A stretch of 63,335 nucleotides of DNA, counting the filler, from Pirum gemmata (taxonomy: Eukaryota): NCBI GenBank assembly GCA_002812295.1. It is 19 parts of 19 records of this genome, joined end to end, with 100 filler letters (N's around TTAATTAATTAA, not from the genome) between each part and the next. Parts side by side here need not be neighbours in the genome. Positions count along the whole stretch, not along the records: positions 60,293 to 63,335 come from PDIN01003645.1; 18 more parts are not named here. The stretch is one strand, 5' to 3'. The translations under genes and the position numbers were made by a program. Shown here in pieces: positions 63,300-63,335 of this stretch (position 1 is its first letter; each line of letters opens with the position of its first letter). The notes under the pieces were generated by a model. It was given only the letters and a program-made list of their open reading frames with translations. It did no database searches and was not told the DNA's origin.

Positions 63300-63335
63300 G
63301 TAAATTATTCATTATTATTATTATTATTATTATTA

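Overview
AT-rich, intron-containing microbial eukaryote DNA with TTAGGG telomeric repeats, a tRNA-Sec and no prokaryotic operon or CRISPR structure; the taxon cannot be fixed from this window. The window is not contiguous: it is 19 short scaffolds (mostly ~3 kb) joined by artificial N44-TTAATTAATTAA-N44 spacers, so adjacency across spacers means nothing. Complete genes: a vWA+TSP1 type-I membrane adhesin with TRAP/MIC2-like architecture, a secreted SGNH/GDSL esterase, two temptin-domain proteins with probable GPI signals, tRNA-Sec(TCA) and tRNA-Thr(CGT). Partial spliced genes: WRAP73/WDR8, RPN6/PSMD11, myo-inositol oxygenase, a receiver-domain exon, EBP2 (exon 1 lies after exons 2-4), an LRR protein and an NRPS-type adenylation domain. 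The rest is microsatellites, interstitial telomeric arrays, 120-250 bp satellites, at least seven MITE-like families and a decayed LINE. Most notable is 28741-29730 (- strand): a 5'-truncated YVDD reverse-transcriptase-like ORF with no endonuclease, followed by a complete type I hammerhead ribozyme with a 110-nt structured loop III, a competing hairpin and a (TTAGGG)n array. This looks like an endonuclease-deficient Penelope-like retroelement with an atypical ribozyme. Also notable are widespread TA-[short spacer]-TA patches around MITEs, which may be accumulated transposon excision footprints.
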